Assembly (NCBI GenBank): GCA_032718475.1
Contig: JAUCBJ010006053.1
Location: 1-64,000 of the forward strand
Direction: 5' to 3'
Length of the DNA stretch: 64,000 nt
DNA from: Nemertoderma westbladi
Lineage: Eukaryota > Animalia > Xenacoelomorpha
The notes beneath the pieces were generated by a model. That model saw only the letters and a list, made by a program, of their open reading frames with translations, had not been told where the DNA came from and searched no databases. Below, piece by piece: positions 63,356 to 64,000 of the stretch (positions within the stretch are counted from its first letter, which is position 1; every line of letters begins with the position of its first letter). The position numbers and the translations under genes are program-made.

Positions 63356-63555
63356 GGGCGAGCGACGAAAGTAAGCGAGCTTAGCATACGGGAACCACTA
63401 TACTAACTCAATCGGTGTGTCTGTTGATCTGTTGTGTCCAAATTTAAACATTAATAACTCAGCCAAATCTCGATAAAATATAGCCAAACTTGGTACATAT
63501 GTAGTCTGGCAAAAGTTTACAAATTTTCCAAGTTGAATTTGCGTGGGGTCTTCGT
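63356..63555 (+). mobile_element. Helentron/DINE-like non-autonomous fragment
   Basis: gggcgagcgacgaaagt..gagcttagc, ctgt repeats, aataactcagcc..ccaaacttggtaca. Confidence 0.5.
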
Positions 63556-64000
63556 GCAGCATCTGTGTAACTGTCTTGCAGTTATAATAAATTTATTTAC
63601 CCAAAAATTATTAGGCTTGGCATCAGCTGGTTGCTAGGAGACTGCAGGATATATCAGGTGGGTTTGAAATTCAGCAATACCTGTACAATGCAGCAATAAT
63701 GTGGAATGGGAAGTGTGGTAGGCCTATTTCACTTTCTTCAGCCATTCCCGCATTTCCAGTTGCAGAGTTCAGAGTATTCAGTTATTCGCGACTATTCCGC
63801 CATATCATGTACCGGGCATTTGTAAAACGAGGATACCAGCAAAATCCGCGGATCCAATAATAGTCTATGGTATCCGCATTATACAAATTTGTAAAACGCG
63901 GGTCCCATAGAAAACCATTAAGGCAGCGGATCCCATAGACACCATTGAATAACCTTTACATGTCTCTTATGGTGTCCGCTGTTTACAAATTTGTAAAGAG

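Noticed and set aside
60410-63555. Single 3.1-kb element with TIRs
   Set aside because: The two inverted copies are strongly diverged, show no TSD and have their terminal motif facing inward; better explained as independent insertions.

Overview
AT-rich eukaryotic (most likely invertebrate animal) DNA made almost entirely of nested transposable elements; I found no convincing intact host gene. From left to right: a 1.2-kb direct duplication; a Merlin transposon whose transposase is split by a smaller Merlin; a MITE with a 6-bp TSD; an RTE-type LINE fragment; a CR1/L2(Crack)-type LINE with an N-terminal 2A-like peptide and a pogo transposon in its 3' UTR; a Sola2-like transposon with an in-frame minisatellite; an intact 716-aa Chapaev/Transib(RAG1)-related transposase between ~485-bp inverted repeats; CRE, HECT-like and Penelope remnants; a 4.3-kb palindrome carrying two convergent Harbinger transposases; a young 14.2-kb BEL/Pao LTR element; a second RTE copy with TSD; a decayed tyrosine-recombinase gene; and Helentron- and piggyBac-like pieces. 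The BEL/Pao element is the strongest novelty candidate. It keeps gag-protease but lacks RT and integrase, carries an extra zinc-knuckle ORF, and has no tRNA-type PBS. Instead, the 11 nt at the PBS position are exactly complementary to a site in its own LTR, suggesting Tf1-like self-priming. All family assignments come from motifs read by eye; no database search was run.
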